Below, piece after piece: positions 11,807 to 25,854 of a stretch of DNA of 64,000 nt. The DNA comes from Zygnema circumcarinatum SAG 698-1b (taxonomy: Eukaryota; Plantae; Zygnematophyceae). Every line of letters begins with the position of its first letter. Positions within the stretch are counted from its first letter, which is position 1. The stretch is taken from positions 5,309,909 through 5,373,908 of the forward strand of contig CM074804.1 of NCBI GenBank assembly GCA_037447605.1, in the 5' to 3' direction. The notes under the pieces are model-generated. The model ran no database searches. It saw only the letters and a program-made list of their open reading frames with translations, and was not told the DNA's origin. The translations under genes and the position numbers were made by a program.

Positions 11807-14800
11807 ATGGCAAGATTACGGAAAAGGGTGAAGAAGGAAAAGGCCGCTGTGCCAGAGGAGGAGGAAGATCAAAGCCAGCATGAAGAGATGACACATACGA
11901 AGGAATCTGTGGATATTAATGCAGTAAATGGGAATGAAGAGGACGAGGAGCCAAATGGAGAACTTGGCAGAGAACCACTAGGTCAGGGCAATGGAGTTTT
12001 GGAAGGTGTAAGTTTGGAAGAGGAGGAGGAAAAGGAGCGCGAACATGCTGGAGTTGGAAAGAAGGGCAAGAAAAAAGCAAAATTTGCGTTGGAGCAGCTG
12101 GAAGGTGGAGTAGCTCTTGTGGCAGGAATTATGAGTACGGTTGCCTTTGAGACTCTAGAGATTGCAGATTTGACAAAGAATGCCATAACAGACATCGGTT
12201 TCAAGTACATGACTGAGGTAATTGCTGCTTTTGCAGTTGCCATGCTTGCGGCTATTCTGGCTATGGAGACATTGTACTTCCTATGATGTGAATTTCACCT
12301 TGCTTTGTCTTTACCTTTGGGTTTTATTTGGTCCCAAGGAAAATCGTGCTTCGTGCGTGTTCCATCATGCAGGTGCAATCTCGAACTATACCGCAGATGC
12401 TAGCGGGGCGAGATGTCCTTGGAGCTGCTCGTACAGGTTCAGGAAAGACTTTGGCGTTCCTGGTCCCAGCGGTAGAGCTGCTGTATCACGCCAAGTTCAT
12501 GCCAAGGAATGGCACAGGCGTAGTCATCATTTCTCCCACTAGGGAGCTTGCGATGCAGGTCTGTTGCTTCAACAAATAAACACGATGAGCTCATATGCAT
12601 GACCTTTGCTCCACCTCGTTTTCCTTTTCCTCTACTGCTTAACGCGTGGATGCATCTCTATGATTGGTACGTTTCATTGCTTGCTCTCAAGTTTGTAGTT
12701 ATGTTATGTTCTGTAGTTTTCACATGAACGCTGTAGCTGCACCCGCATCTCCCTGTAGAAAAAAGTTGATGGGACTTGTGAAATTATTTTTCTTTGATAT
12801 AGTGTCCATGTAGATAATGGATTTGCGTCCTCGGCTACAGTTCAGAGTCTGCTTCACATACGAGTCTTTGAAAGCTGTGCAGTCAGTTGCCGGCTCAAGG
12901 TCTCAGTGGTTCTCTTTCTCGGGGTGTGGGCTATTATCATGTCCAGATTTATGGAGTAGCTAGAGACTTGTGCAAATACCACAAGCAGACACATGGCATC
13001 GTCATGGGGGGCGCCAATCGCAGGACTGAGGCGGAAAAGCTGGTCAAGGGGGTTAATCTGCTTGTGGCGACGCCGGGCAGGCTGCTAGATCACCTTCAGA
13101 ACACTAAGGGCTTCATCTATAAGAACCTTCAGGTTTGGCGCGGGATCTAGCTTAAGCCACTTTGCTAATTTCCTAAGTCACGGACAATTAGCTAAGATGT
13201 CTCATTTGTGAAAGAGAGTGCCCTTTGGCTGTACCCTGCATGTCCAGTTGCAGATCCCTTTATCGTGCAGTTGTTGCCAGTAGAGCTTGCATTTCTGGTT
13301 AAATATTGCCAGAATCAGAAGGGAATGGAATTATGTTTGACAAGGAAAGTGATACTTTTAGCGTATTTCAGCTTAGAAACCGGCGAATGCATGTCACATG
13401 CCTATGTTTTTTGACCTTTTGGAGGCGGAAAATTAACAGCACTGTTGGTCATGGCAGTGTTTAGTGATTGATGAGGCTGACCGAATCTTGGAGATAGGGT
13501 TCGAAGAGGAGATGAAGCAGATAGTGAAACTTTTGCCGAAGGTGGGTTGCCTTCCTCTTTCACGGGTTTCTTATGTGCGTGTGTCACACCTTACGATGAT
13601 ATTTCTAAATCATCTTTTTCACCTTCTGGTCACAATAGTTAATAGCCATTCCCTCATTTTGAGTGATGCTTCAAAGGAGGCAGCTAACCATTTAGGTAGT
13701 TTGTTTCATGTAATCAATCACTCTTGAACTGTAGCATTTTTTCTTTGACAAGTTGTACATCTCCGCTTACCCCGCGTGCAGGAACGTCAAACTGTGCTGT
13801 TTTCAGCAACACAAACCACCAAGGTGGAGGATTTAGCACGGCTCTCGTTTCGTAAGGCACCACTATACATTGGCGTAGATGATGGCAGGTCCAAGGTGAG
13901 GCTTAACCCCCTATGTGCTTTGAAAGCCTCTGCGAGCATTTTTAATGCATGGTGAAACGTCGTAAGAAGACTTCCTTAGAGTTGAACACGTTCTTCGTAT
14001 AAACCTTGAGTTCATGTGTGGTGTCAAGCCCGAATGCCTAGTATATCAAGACCCATAAATGCATTTGCATAGCAGTTATTAAAGTGGGTTATTTCCTTCG
14101 CTACAGGACCTGGACTTTCTCAGAATGAGATGTGAAGAGTGTGGAAATATGGGGTGATGGGGGAGCAGGCAACAGTGGAGGGGTTGGAACAAGGCTATTG
14201 TGTGGTGCCCAGTGCTAAGCGCTTCCTTCTTCTCTTTACCTTCCTTAAAAAGAACCTGAAGAAGAAGGTGAGGTATTCGTCTTGTTCCCAAGTCTTCGCA
14301 AAAACAACCGTGCTTTCTGTGGATGCTCTTTTCTTTGTGTCAATAAATTCGTTGGTGTAATGATGCCTTATGAATTTAGTTCAGGGTAGAATATGGCTCT
14401 CGACAATTTTTTGTGCAGAGTGCAATTAACTTCTGTATTGGTTGTCTGAAAGGATTGAACATAACTGACATGCTGTTTCTCGGTGAATGGAGTTGTCCTT
14501 CTCATTTCTATTTGTCCTAGTCTGAAAAGAACAATTCATTGTATAAGTGGAAATGAAGTAATCTCGTCAGTGAATGCACCCTTGAAAGCTATCAATGATC
14601 CACTGTCCGACCCGCAGTGCACCGTTTCGCCTTCCATTTTCTTTGCCATACTTTTCTTGTACCACCCCCCTGCTTCATATTTAGTTGATTTCAGGTATAC
14701 TCGTGAATTCTACAGTACACCACTTTTGTACTTGATCTAAATTTCCTGCCCTCTTTTTTTTCTTTCCTTTTTTCGTAAAAGGAAAGAAAAAAAATGTAGT

Positions 14801-16526
14801 ACTCAAATAGGTTCAAAAAGTTGTTTCCACCGGGAAGAATATGGGGTTGACGTCCACACCTATGCTTGTGGGAGAAGTGTTGATGCAGGTGATGGTGTTC
14901 TTTTCGTCCTGCAATTCCGTGAAGTTCCATGGCGAGCTCCTTAACTTCATTGATATTCCATGTCTCGACATTCATGGAAAGCAGAAGCAGCAAAAGCGCA
15001 CGTCCACATACTTCGAGTTCTGCAATGCGGACAAAGGCATTTTATTGTGCACGGATGTCGCCGCCCGAGGCCTGGACATTCCAGCCGTTGACTGGATCAT
15101 CCAGTACGATCCGCCAGACGATCCAAGGGTGAGACTGAAAGAGTGGTTTAACCTACAGACTGCATCATCATCTCAGAGTGTCTTTGTCCATACCACCGCC
15201 GGCTTGCGAAGCTCTTAAAGGTGGTCGAGTCTATCAGTGTGCTTTCCGGGAATGGTTTGTATTAGCAAATGCTGAGTGAGAGCAAAACCCTTACGAGATC
15301 CTCGTGGAGCTGTTCGACTGTCAGGAGTATATTCATCGAGTTGGGCGAACAGCACGAGGAGAGGGCAGTCGGGGACGGGCACTGCTGTTCCTCATTCCAG
15401 AAGAGCTCGGCTTCCTGCGTTACCTTAAGGTGGGGATTGAGCTTGTAGTCGAAGGAACCGGCACAATGAGGCAAATCTGTAATGAAGCGTGCACTTCTTG
15501 TTGGCTTGGGAAGAGTTAACGCACTGAAGGTTATGGGTCTTTGTTCATGAATTGGCATGTAGGACCATGGCAATAAGCTGTTTATTGTCGCAGGATACAG
15601 TGGGTATGTGAGTTAGCTCGGTTGTATGACTTCTCCATTCTCGAAAGGCAAGTGTTGATAGAAGCCGCAAAGGGGAAGATATCAAGAGTGTCGATTATCG
15701 GCATTAAATGCAGAGCCAAATTCGTATATGCCAGAGAATGCTGACTGCGGCAGTGAGGTGCTGGGGTTGGCCTTTCAGGGAGCAAAGGTGCCGCTGAATG
15801 AATACGAATTTCCTGACAATAAGATTGCTAATGTGCAGTCGCAGCTGGTGAGTTTCACGCCCATTTAATCTTTAGCCTTTTCATGTCTATGACATTATCA
15901 CTCTAAACTGCTGAAAATCGAGCTTGCCAATCAGTGCTGACCTCACGATTTGCCACGCTGTGTAACAGGAGCGGCTTATAGAGAAGAACTACTACCTTCA
16001 TCAATCGGCTCGGGACGCGTACCGGTCGTACTTGCTGGCCTACAACTCCCACCAGATGAAAGACATTTTCAATGTGCACAGGCTGGATTTGCAGGTAACC
16101 AACTTTTTGGGGTCTCCTCAGAAAGGGGCTTCACGTGGCTTCACGTTGGTTACTGTTTTTCAGAGCGTTCGTGCTATGTTTTGATTGAGGTCTGTCTGGC
16201 TGTTTCTTTGCACATTGACTTCCCTTTCTACCGATGTAGTTCTGAAGGCCAAGCCAAGCTGCTGCACATCCTTCAAAGGTGGTAAAATTTTGAATTCCTG
16301 CTGGCGCTGTGTGCAGGGCGTGGCAGCATCTCTAGGGTTCAGCTGCCCTCCAAAGGTGAACTTGAATCTTGACAGCAGCGCCGCCAAGTTCCGGAAGAAA
16401 GCCCCGAGAGGAGGCGAGCTAGGAAAGCGCAAGTTGGACGGCAAGGCCAGCGGACACGCCTTCAGCGGGAGCAACCCGTACGGAAAACGACTCAAGGGGG
16501 ATACCCGCCAATTCAGTCGGATTTAG
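11807..16526 (+). CDS. HAS1: DEAD-box RNA helicase HAS1/DDX18 (Arabidopsis RH27/RH51-like), about 12 exons
   Basis: Q motif GFKYMTE|VQSRTIP; [10 protein letters not shown]; SPTRELAMQ; [13 protein letters not shown]; DEAD in [16 protein letters not shown]; FSATQT; [11 protein letters not shown]; [10 protein letters not shown]; [11 protein letters not shown]; [11 protein letters not shown]; C-terminal [18 protein letters not shown]...GFSCPPKV...[10 protein letters not shown]. Confidence 0.95.
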
Positions 16527-17477
16527 ACTCTCGTCATTCTCTAGTGAGGCTGCAGTGGACCCCTTTGTGAGACTCAACTCTCGTTCACTTAATTGATGCC
16601 AATAACGGCAGGTTCCATGCACATGCCGCATGGGCGAGTCTTTGTCGGCCTTGCGTTTGCCGTCTTTACGTGTTGCCCTCCCCTCACCGCGTCCCACCTC
16701 CCCCGCGGCCCTCCCACTCTCTCCCTCTCTGTCTGTCTCCGCCCCGTCGCCGTCTCGTGCCACCGCGCGCCGCGTGTGGCCGCGCGCGCTCATTGGCCGC
16801 CTCGCCGCGCCGTGGCGGGGACGTGGACCCGGGCCGTACGGCCTGCGGCCCGCGCACCCCCCCTGCGCCTCGGAGATACTGCGCAGCCCGTACATCTCGT
16901 ACGTCCGGTGTACGAGCGCGCGAGCAGTACAGCGCTCCTTCCGGTTTCGCAGGGCCCACAGCACCGCGACCGCGGTCGACCCGGCGAGATTGAAAACATT
17001 CAGTGTCTGCCCGCGGCGAATCCGCGCGCGTGGTTCGGTCCCCGAAGGCGTGCCCGTCAATGGCGTGCGGCCACGAGCGCGAGCGACGGCGAAAACTCTT
17101 CAGAATGGTTGTGGCAGCCAAAGCCGTCGGTGACGGACGCTGGCGCTTTCGGTGACGCGCGTTCTGGGACGGCGACGGGCACCGTACAGCGCGGGTACGC
17201 CGGCGCGCGCGTACGCCCCCCCCCCTTCGGGCGGCCGCCGCACCGCCGCGGCGGGGCCTGTCTGTACGGACGGCCGCCCGCGCGGTGGTGCTGGTCGGGG
17301 GGTGGTTTAGGGCGACTCGAGCACGGTGCGGGGAGAGACGCGCGCAGGCAGGCCGGGAGGTATGCAGGGCGGGAGGGAGGAAGAGGCGAATACGAACTTG
17401 CTTACGCACTGGTAAAGGGAGATAACTGGGGAGAAAAGGGCATAGTAGTGCCGGAATAAAGGAGGTTTGGAAGGAGG

Positions 17478-20400
17478 ATGGGAGTCCTACAGCCGCAGTT
17501 TACTGGAGACACGGAGGAGGAAGCCATGGACGTGGAGCTGGGAGGAAGGGAGAGTATGATGGAGCTTCAGCCTCTTCTTGTCACGCTGTCTCAGTCGACG
17601 GCGGCAACAGCTGAGGTTGGAGTTGCGTCTCCTCGAGTCTTGCGAAGTTCTTTGAAGAAGAAAGCAGGTGAAGCTAAGCAGTTAGCGATGCCGGCGCTGT
17701 CGACGGTGCTGCTCGAGGTGATAGGAATGACTTGTTCGGCGTGTTCTTCAGCTGTGGAGAAGGCAGCGCTGCGACTGCAAGGAGTCCATTCTGCCTCCGT
17801 GGCGCTCTTGCAGAATAAGGCAGAGGTCGTGTTTGACCCGCTGCTCCATTCGGTGAGGGTTGCAACTCATTATGCTGGAGTTTCCGTAAATTCACAGTGA
17901 TCTCTTAGAGCCGGAGCTACTGCTGCCCGCGACGAAGCAAGTTTATGTAGATTTCATTCATCCAAAATAGTTTGCGGTGAAATTTGTGAAGTTGCATTTT
18001 GAAAGAGATAAAAGTGGGTCCTTATCATCAGCTCCAACTGTCTTCTTTCAACCCTTGCTTTTAGGAGTCTATATTTCTACGGGTCGTCACCACCTCGAAC
18101 TTACTCGTGTTTCGAAGTTTTTTTTGTGCCCTCCACAGGAGAATGACATAAAGGAAGCCATAGAAGAAGCAGGGTTCGATGCAGCAATAATCAAACAGGA
18201 TTGCCCACTTGGCGGCCATCTGGATGCAACAAACAGCATAGTCATAGGACACTTTAGAGTGGGTGGGATGACATGTACAGCGTGTGTGAACTCAGTGGAG
18301 AATGTTCTCTCAGCTGTGCCAGGTATCAAGCGTGCAACAATAGCCCTTGCGACGGAAGAAGCGGAGGTCGAGTTTGACTCGAAGATAATCAGCCCTCAAG
18401 AAGTCGTACAAGCCATAGAAGACGCCGGTTTCGATGGGGCATTGTTGGAGCTTGGGGAAAGAGATAGGATTGTGATGGTGGTTGAGGGTATGCAGTCGAA
18501 GGAGTGTGCAGGCGAAGTAGAGATTGCACTGATAGAAATGAAGGGAGTGAGGGAGGTAAATGCGGATGAGTTGTCACAGCAGGTTGAAGTTTTCTATGAT
18601 CCTGCCGTGGTAGGGCTTCGTTCAATTGTGCAGACAATTAAGGGTGTGGGAGGTGGAAATCGTTTTATAGTTTCTTTAGTGAATCCCTTTTTTTCCCACT
18701 CTCCTGATAAGCATGAGGAGGTGGAACGGAATCGCAAGCAGTTCGTACTTTGCGCCATGTTTGCGGTGAGAATCATTTTTTTTTCTATGGTCTTGGTGAC
18801 AAGATATCGAGAATGGCATAGGTTTTTTGGCAAGTTAATTTCCAAAAACTTTTTCTGCTCGCTTGCTATTAGCCTGTTGATTTTCAAACGTAACCACAAG
18901 GTTAAAGACCTTAACCTTTTTGTTTGTTGTGCTTTGTGTTTGTTCTTCATAACAGATCCCTGCTTTCTTTGTAGCCATGGTATGTCCACATATTCCAATT
19001 TTGCACGAGCTCCTCATGATTCAAGTCGGAAACTTTATGGTGACCGATTGGCTTAAGTTTGCCCTGGTTACACCTGTTCAGTTTGGTATTGGATGGAGAT
19101 TTTACTCAGCAGCGTACCGATCACTGAAGCACGGGTCAGCTAACATGGATGTGTTAGTTGCGCTGGGAACAAGCGCTGCTTACTTCTACTCACTCGTGTC
19201 TGTTTTATTCGGTGCGATAAACAAAAACTATCATGGAGAAGACTTCTTTGAGACAAGTGCAATGCTTATTATGTTTGTTCTTTTCGGAAAATATTTAGAG
19301 GTGAGCCCACCTGTCGCTTGCCACATGTCCTTCCATCCATCGCTATAGATGCACTAATGGACAGTTGGGGAATCCAAGTTCTGCTAGCAGTTAACCTTCT
19401 TCTTTCATTTTACATGTCAGCGCTAGTACCCATTTCGCTTTGGCCTATGAGTTGGGCTGACAGGTAATGGCGAAGGGAAAGACATCAGAGGCTATCAGCA
19501 AGCTGCTTCGATTGGCTCCAACGCATGCTGTGCTCCTTACTCTGGACGCAGGTGAGAACGTATATCATCATTCGCGCGTTTCACTCATGTGTCTCCGGTT
19601 GGCTGCTGCCATACGTTTCTAACCAGGAAGCTATGACGGTAGCTGAAAAGTGTAAAATATAATATGTTTACATTCCTGTGACTAAAAGTAATGCATTGGG
19701 GACGTTAGTATTGAGAGAACTAGCTACCAACAGCAGCGGCTCAGGCACTATTATAGTTAAAACTCATCTTGCGAGGCGCAAGCCACTAGGCCGTTTTTTA
19801 TTAACTGGTTTGTAGTTACCACTACTTGAATGAGTAGCGTATGAAACAAACCTGGGATGTTTCTATGCATCCTAATAGGAGCTGATCGCTTGCCTGTAGT
19901 AGCAGGCGCTGCCATTTAGTTTTTTGGGTCGTTACTCTAACATTGCAGCCGTCATCATGGTAATCTGAACCTCAGGTGAAAGATAAATCTCTTTGACGAG
20001 AGCAGTTATCCTGCCAGTTTTGTCACTCGTTGCAACGAGTGGCTGGCAGACCCATGTAATATGTAGAGATATAGGTTATCACTTTAGCTTTCAAGATGGC
20101 TGTGATCAAGCAGTGAAAACTCGCTGGTGGCCTTAACCTAAACTCTGTTATCTTATGCCATGTCTTGTTTTTGAATTGCAGAGGGAAAAGAGATGTCAGA
20201 GTGTCAAATTGATGCCCAGCTTATTCAACGCGGAGATATCTTGAAGGTGTTACCTGGAGCAAAAGTTCCAGCAGACGGAATTGTGATTGCTGGCCAGAGC
20301 CATGTGAACGAGAGCATGCTGACTGGGGAATCTACTCCTGTATCGAAGTCAGTTGGGCATAATGTGATTGGTGGCACCATCAACATGTCAGGGAGTCTGC

Positions 20401-23320
20401 AAATCAGAGCTGTTAAGATTGGTTCAGAGACAGCCTTGGCTCAGATTGTACGACTTGTGGAGTCTGCTCAGATGTCGAAGGCGCCCATTCAGAAGTTTGC
20501 TGATTATGTAAGATGACCAATTCTTCAGCTCGGCCATTAGTTTTGAACGTTTATTCTTGCTCAGATCCTTTTTCTAGTAGATAGTCGATTTCTCCATTGT
20601 TTCTTATCTAACTTTCTCTTGACCAAGACCTTACTTATCTTTCTCGTGGAATGCTGGTGGATTGAGGGCAGGTATCGAGCATCTTTGTGCCAGTTGTGGT
20701 GGCATTGGCTGTGGCGACATGGCTTTGCTGGTAAGCTCTTGGCCATTACAACTAAGTATCTCCGCAATGTTTACTCTACACGAGAGAGCATTGCTTTTGG
20801 TTTGATCTTATTTTTTCTCTCCTTCATATAATGGTTCTGTTGAGCAACGACACAGTAGTTTCACGCAGCAAGGATTAGCTTTTTGCTCGGGGGTACAGGT
20901 CATCTAACCAGATTTCCCTAGATTAAGTAAAGGAACTGTAGGTGCTATTTGGCAGTGTAAGGAAATGGACATATTGATGTGTGAAATTTCATTAGGTCTT
21001 TGCTCCCTTAGTGACAGGTGGTCCGATTCGCCATGAGTTATCCATGGTCTCAGCTGCCTCGCCAGATTGCCGGCGCTTTTGCTAGTTATATTTGTAACAA
21101 TGTACAATGGTTGGCTCATCCGATTGGTTGAAGTCGGTTGGTTTTTTAAGGGAGGATAGCACAGGGCGCCAATGCCTAATGAATTTATGAAGTGCCTAGA
21201 ATGGCGTAGGATGAACGTCTGTTCTAGTCCTTGCACGCCATTTCCTTACAGGATCAGTCAAGCTTCTGAATACATGTCACTGCTATTGAATGTCTGTGCC
21301 ATCCCTGTTGTTGCAGGTTTATGGCGGGTAAATTTGGTTGTTATCCAGATGCCTGGCTACCCATTGGAACAGATCATTTCCTCTTTGCTCTCCTTTTTGG
21401 AATTGCCGTGCTTGTCATTGCTTGCCCGTGTGCTTTGGGGCTTGCCACGCCAACGGCAGTAATGGTTGCAACTGGGATTGGAGCTACAAATGGAATTTTG
21501 ATCAAGGGAGGAGATGCTCTGGAGAAAGCGCATAAGGTACATATCACTTTGACGTTCTCATGAATTGGTTATCCTATCTAATATTTAGGACAAGAGGGTC
21601 TTCTTGTGATGGTATATCGTGATCATTTTCTGCCCATAGCAAAAGATCGAGAAATGGTACGCAACTATTGCTGCATTTAAGGTCACTGAATTCTCAAAAA
21701 ACTCTAGTTTTAGATTTCATCACGGTAATTGACTTTTTCCCGGAGATGTTTGTGCAGGTGCAATGTGTGGCGTTTGACAAGACAGGCACGTTGACGCGAG
21801 GCCGACCCATGGTACTATCTGTCAGGACCTTCAGCAGTGTGGAGCACAGCACACTGCTGCGACTTGTGGCATCGGCAGAAGCCAACAGTGAGCATCCATT
21901 GGCTCGAGCCATGGTTGAGTATGCGAGACACTGTTTGATTTTTGGAGGCGCACCCAAGGAGAGCAGTGGCAATGGGGCTACTGCCCTAGGAAGCAATACC
22001 GTAGACACGAGCTGGCTGGAGGCGGCATCAGAATTCGAGGCTATTCCCGGCCATGGAGTGCGCTGTCGCGTTGCAGGAAGGCTAGTACTGGTAATCCCCT
22101 TTTCCTGTGATCAGAAGTTTTGTGTTCTGATGAGGCGATGCTTGCTTGCATCTGCCATCACAATGCATGGGTTAGGCTTCAGAGGGCTTAGGATTATTTC
22201 TTGGTTTGAGGCGTAAGGCCGAAGATCAGTTGATTTCTAAATCTTGGGCTTTTTGGGGGGTGGGTATTTGGACTGTTCGACAGGTTGGGAACCGCAGGCT
22301 GATGGCAAATTCAGGTGTAAGCATTGCTCCTGAGGCTGAACAGCATCTGCAAGCCATGGAAAACCGAGCAAGCACGGGGGTTGTCGTCGCACTGGATGGA
22401 GAGTTAGCAGCGGTTATAGCTGTATCTGACCCCTTGAAGGTGGAAGCGGCGGTTGTGATCCAAGGCTTGGAAAAGATGGGAATTCGATGTGTGATGATTA
22501 CTGGCGACAATGCACGAACAGCTCAAGCTGTGGCAAAGGAGGTGCGAGGTTTGAGATGCCTTTTTTTTTTGTGTGTTGTTGGATTTGGTGTTTTATCTCT
22601 CCTGTTCTCTTGAATTTGTGACTTAAATGTGCGAGGACGTATTGTATGGAGTGTCGGTTAGTCTGCTGGATTGTGTCTGCAAAAGCGAGGAAGTTACGAA
22701 AAGCCTAACACGTGATCCTAGCTGATGCGCATTTTGTTGCTTCAATGTTTTCATTCGTTCAATGTTAGAGCTGCGGCAACTTCTGCCAAATGGTCTCGTC
22801 AGTTTCTCATTCTGTTGAGATGTATTGGATGCAGGTAGGAATCAAAGAAGTAATGGCTGAAGTTCTTCCAGCTGGCAAGGCAGAGGCTATCCGACTCCTG
22901 CAACGAGGAGGAACGGTTGTTGTGGCTATGGTCGGTGATGGTGTGAACGACTCTCCCGCCCTTGTTGCAGCCGATGTTGGGATGGCAATAGGAGCCGGGA
23001 CAGACATCGCTATTGAAGCTGCTGACTATGTCTTGATGCGCAACGACCTGGAGGATGTTATCACAGCCATAGACCTCTCACGGAAGACATTTGCGAGAAT
23101 ACGACTGAACTACATTTTTGCAATGGGCTACAACATTATGGGGATCCCTCTGGCGGCAGGGGTGCTCTACCCTCACTTCCTGGTCCGCCTGCCTCCCTGG
23201 CTGGCCGGCGCCTTCATGGCCTTCTCCTCAGTCAGCGTAGTATGCTCCTCCTTGCTTTTGCGGCTTTACAAGCGGCCTCGTCTAACGGATTTGCTGTACA
23301 TTAATGTACAAAAAAAGTAA
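17478..23320 (+). CDS. RAN1/HMA5: Copper-transporting P1B-1 ATPase (RAN1/HMA7-HMA5 type), multi-exon
   Basis: Two GMTCxxC metal-binding domains (GMTCSAC, GMTCTAC) and a degenerate third (GMQSKEC); [10 protein letters not shown]; TGES actuator motif; transmembrane CPC in [12 protein letters not shown]; DKTGT phosphorylation site; SEHP; [10 protein letters not shown]; YN and MAFSSVSV Cu ligands; C-terminal YKRPRL. Confidence 0.95.
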
Positions 23321-24777
23321 TATGGTACAGTTTTTTTTGTAGCGTAGTTAAAATTCTTTTTAACCATGATTAGCACCGCTGGACTTGGTCCAGGTCAAGC
23401 AGAAGGATAGCATACGCTTGGGCTGTGCTGACCCCGTCCTTGTACATAGCTCAACACTACCAGATCTGCCTTTTCTAGCAATAGCACATTTTTCTCCTCT
23501 TCGTGGAAATTATGTGAGTTAGTCATACATAGTGTTTTTTTTTTTTTTTAGTGAAGTCTTAAGAAAGGTCGGTTTGTGCTCGTGTTTTGAATGGGCTGGA
23601 AAGGGTGTCTGTTAAGCGAGGGGTGCATTTGTGGTATGACATGTTCAACATCTAGCTGGCCTTACGAACACTATCTGTGAGATTCTCCCTTTTGTCAAGA
23701 CGAGCAGCTTCTTATGGATGCCTCGATTACTCTACGGCACAGTGCAGTGCTGTACCTTAGAACTGTTCAAGCAACAATTTCTGATCTCTATGTGCCTGCT
23801 CTACTGCGCATTGAACGGCGAGCATTGAATCTCAGTGGTGACCAGCTACCAATGAATTGACCGCGACGCGTGGATGCGACCAGCCGTCCATCACAGCTCC
23901 ACCACTTAAGTTTTGGAGGCTCGGCAAGTCCATGATTGAATCTACAGGATGGGCGTCGGATGCCAAAGAAGCGCCACGTGGCAGACCAAGTCAACGGTTT
24001 TGAATTGCACTCTCACATCGAAGGGATGGACTTGGCATTGATCTCACGATGCCGATGCCATCACATCAACAACCAAGGACCTCGAAACGAAAGAAAATCA
24101 TTGAGCAGAACTGCGCTTCTAGAACTGACAGCACAACAGCGGCGGATCCAAGGATTTTGCTGCGGGGGCCTAAAAAGCCCTCTTTCAGCATACGATACAT
24201 AAGGTAAAATTAAAAAAGAAATTTGAATTTTCAAAACATGAAGGGGGGCTAAGGCTCCCCACCTTGTGTATCCTGCTGTGGGTCTCAGCCCAGCCCAGCC
24301 CAGCGCGACTCTGAATCCGACAGCAGCAGCCATGCCAGCCATGCGCCCCAAGGCTTCCCGTGGTTGTTACGATTGTCGCGTCACGGCGTCACTTCCCGTC
24401 ACGTCACCTGCAGCCGGGGCCGGGCCGAAAGTGCGTTCACAGGCCGCTCGCCGCCGGGCTGGCGCACTCAGCCGCGCGCGCTGACGTGTCGGCCTATGGT
24501 TGGCGGTCAGCACCGGCCCGATCCCCGCGAATCGGGCTGGCAGGGCCATACGCGCGCCGGCGCGCGCACACCAGAGATCGTCAAATAAGGGAATTACCAT
24601 AACTCATTAAGGGATAATTTTGAGTTTCGTTCAAGGGAATTAAGCGATCTGTACTTTTCCTTAATTTGTTTGTACTTTTTCATACTGTTTGGAAAATGAT
24701 ACAGCGGCCCCACTTTTTGGATATATGCGCCCCCTTTTGGGAAAAATTGTACTTTTATTTTGGCTAATTACGCCCGC

Positions 24778-25040
24778 CCCCCTTGGATCTTTCGGGAGAA
24801 GAGATCTTGTCGACAATCGGACCCCGCGCCTCGCGCGCAGGATCCGACCGTGCACCGACGTACGGCGCCGCGCCCCTTGGATCTTTCGGGAGGAGAGATC
24901 TTGTAGACAATCGGACCCCGCGCCTCGCGCGCAGGATCCGACCGTGCACCGACGTACGGCGCCGCGCCCCTTGGATCTTTCGGGAGGAGAGATCTTGTCG
25001 ACAATCGGACCCCGCGCCTCGCGCGCAGGATCCGACCGTG
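24778..25040 (+). repeat. 94-bp tandem repeat, about 2.8 copies (left arm)
   Basis: CCTTGGATCTTTCGGGAG... recurs at 24781, 24875 and 24969 (period 94). Confidence 0.95.
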
Positions 25041-25269
25041 GACGTCACCCAACCAACATACCGAGGGTGACTGTCGTCACCCAACCAACAGTCACACTCG
25101 CCCCTTTTTATAGGAGAACTATATACCGCCCCACTTTTTTGGTTATCCCGCCACTGTTTTTTTGAAATCCGACCCTCCCATTTCGGCTATTCTGCCCCCT
25201 GTTTTGAAATATCCGGCCCCCCCCATTTTGGATACCCCCCCCCTCGTTTTCTCCTTCTCACACATCAGC

Positions 25270-25788
25270 GCAACGTTCGAGAGAGAGAGCAAAGGAGAAA
25301 GTGAGTGAGCAGAGGAGTGAGAGCAAAGGAGAGAGAGAATGAGCAAAGGAGTGAGAGCAAAGGAGAGAGAGACTAGAGTAGAGAGAGCAAAGGGGAGAGA
25401 AACTAGAGGAGAGAGCACAAGAGAGAGCAAAGGAGAGAGAGATAATGACCAGAGGAGAGAGAGTAGAGGAGAGAGAGCAGAGGAGAGAGACTAGAGGAGA
25501 GAGAGCAGAGGAGAGAGACTACAGGAGAGAGCAAAGGAGCGAGAGCCGAGGAGAGAGAGTATAGAGGAGAGAGAAAGAGCAAAGGAGTGAGAGTAGAGGA
25601 GAGAGAGACTAGAGGAGAGAGCAAAGGAGAGAGAGAATGAGCAGAGGAGAAAGCAAAGGAGAGAGAGAGAGTGAGTAGAGGAGTGAGAGCAAAGGAGAGA
25701 GAGACTAGAGGAGAGAGCACAGAAGAGAGAGAGAATGAGCAGAGGAGAGAGAGTAGAGGAGAGAAAGACTAGAGGAGAGAGAGCAAAG

Positions 25789-25822
<34 letters not shown>

Positions 25823-25835
25823 AGAGAGAGCGAGC
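25270..25835 (+). repeat. GA-rich minisatellite/low-complexity tract inside the MULE
   Basis: Many degenerate units such as GAGAGAGCAAAGGAGAGAGAGACTAGAG, with almost no pyrimidines. Confidence 0.9.
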
Positions 25836-25854
25836 AAGCAAGCCAACCATTACA

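Noticed and set aside
12283-16300. Possible intronic box C/D snoRNAs in the HAS1 gene
   Set aside because: I found no convincing RTGATGA...CTGA pair with a terminal stem and an rRNA-complementary guide by eye; snoscan or Infernal would be needed.
16419-17459. Long overlapping Arg/Ala/Pro-rich ORFs (up to 288 aa) upstream of the Cu-ATPase, and similar ORFs at 25491-25943, 25987-27063 and 61273-63413
   Set aside because: These are by-products of GC-rich promoter islands or low-complexity repeats that lack stop codons; they have no domain motifs.
18481-18530. Degenerate third metal-binding domain (GMQSKEC) in the Cu-ATPase
   Set aside because: A degenerate third HMA domain is normal for plant RAN1/HMA5 proteins.
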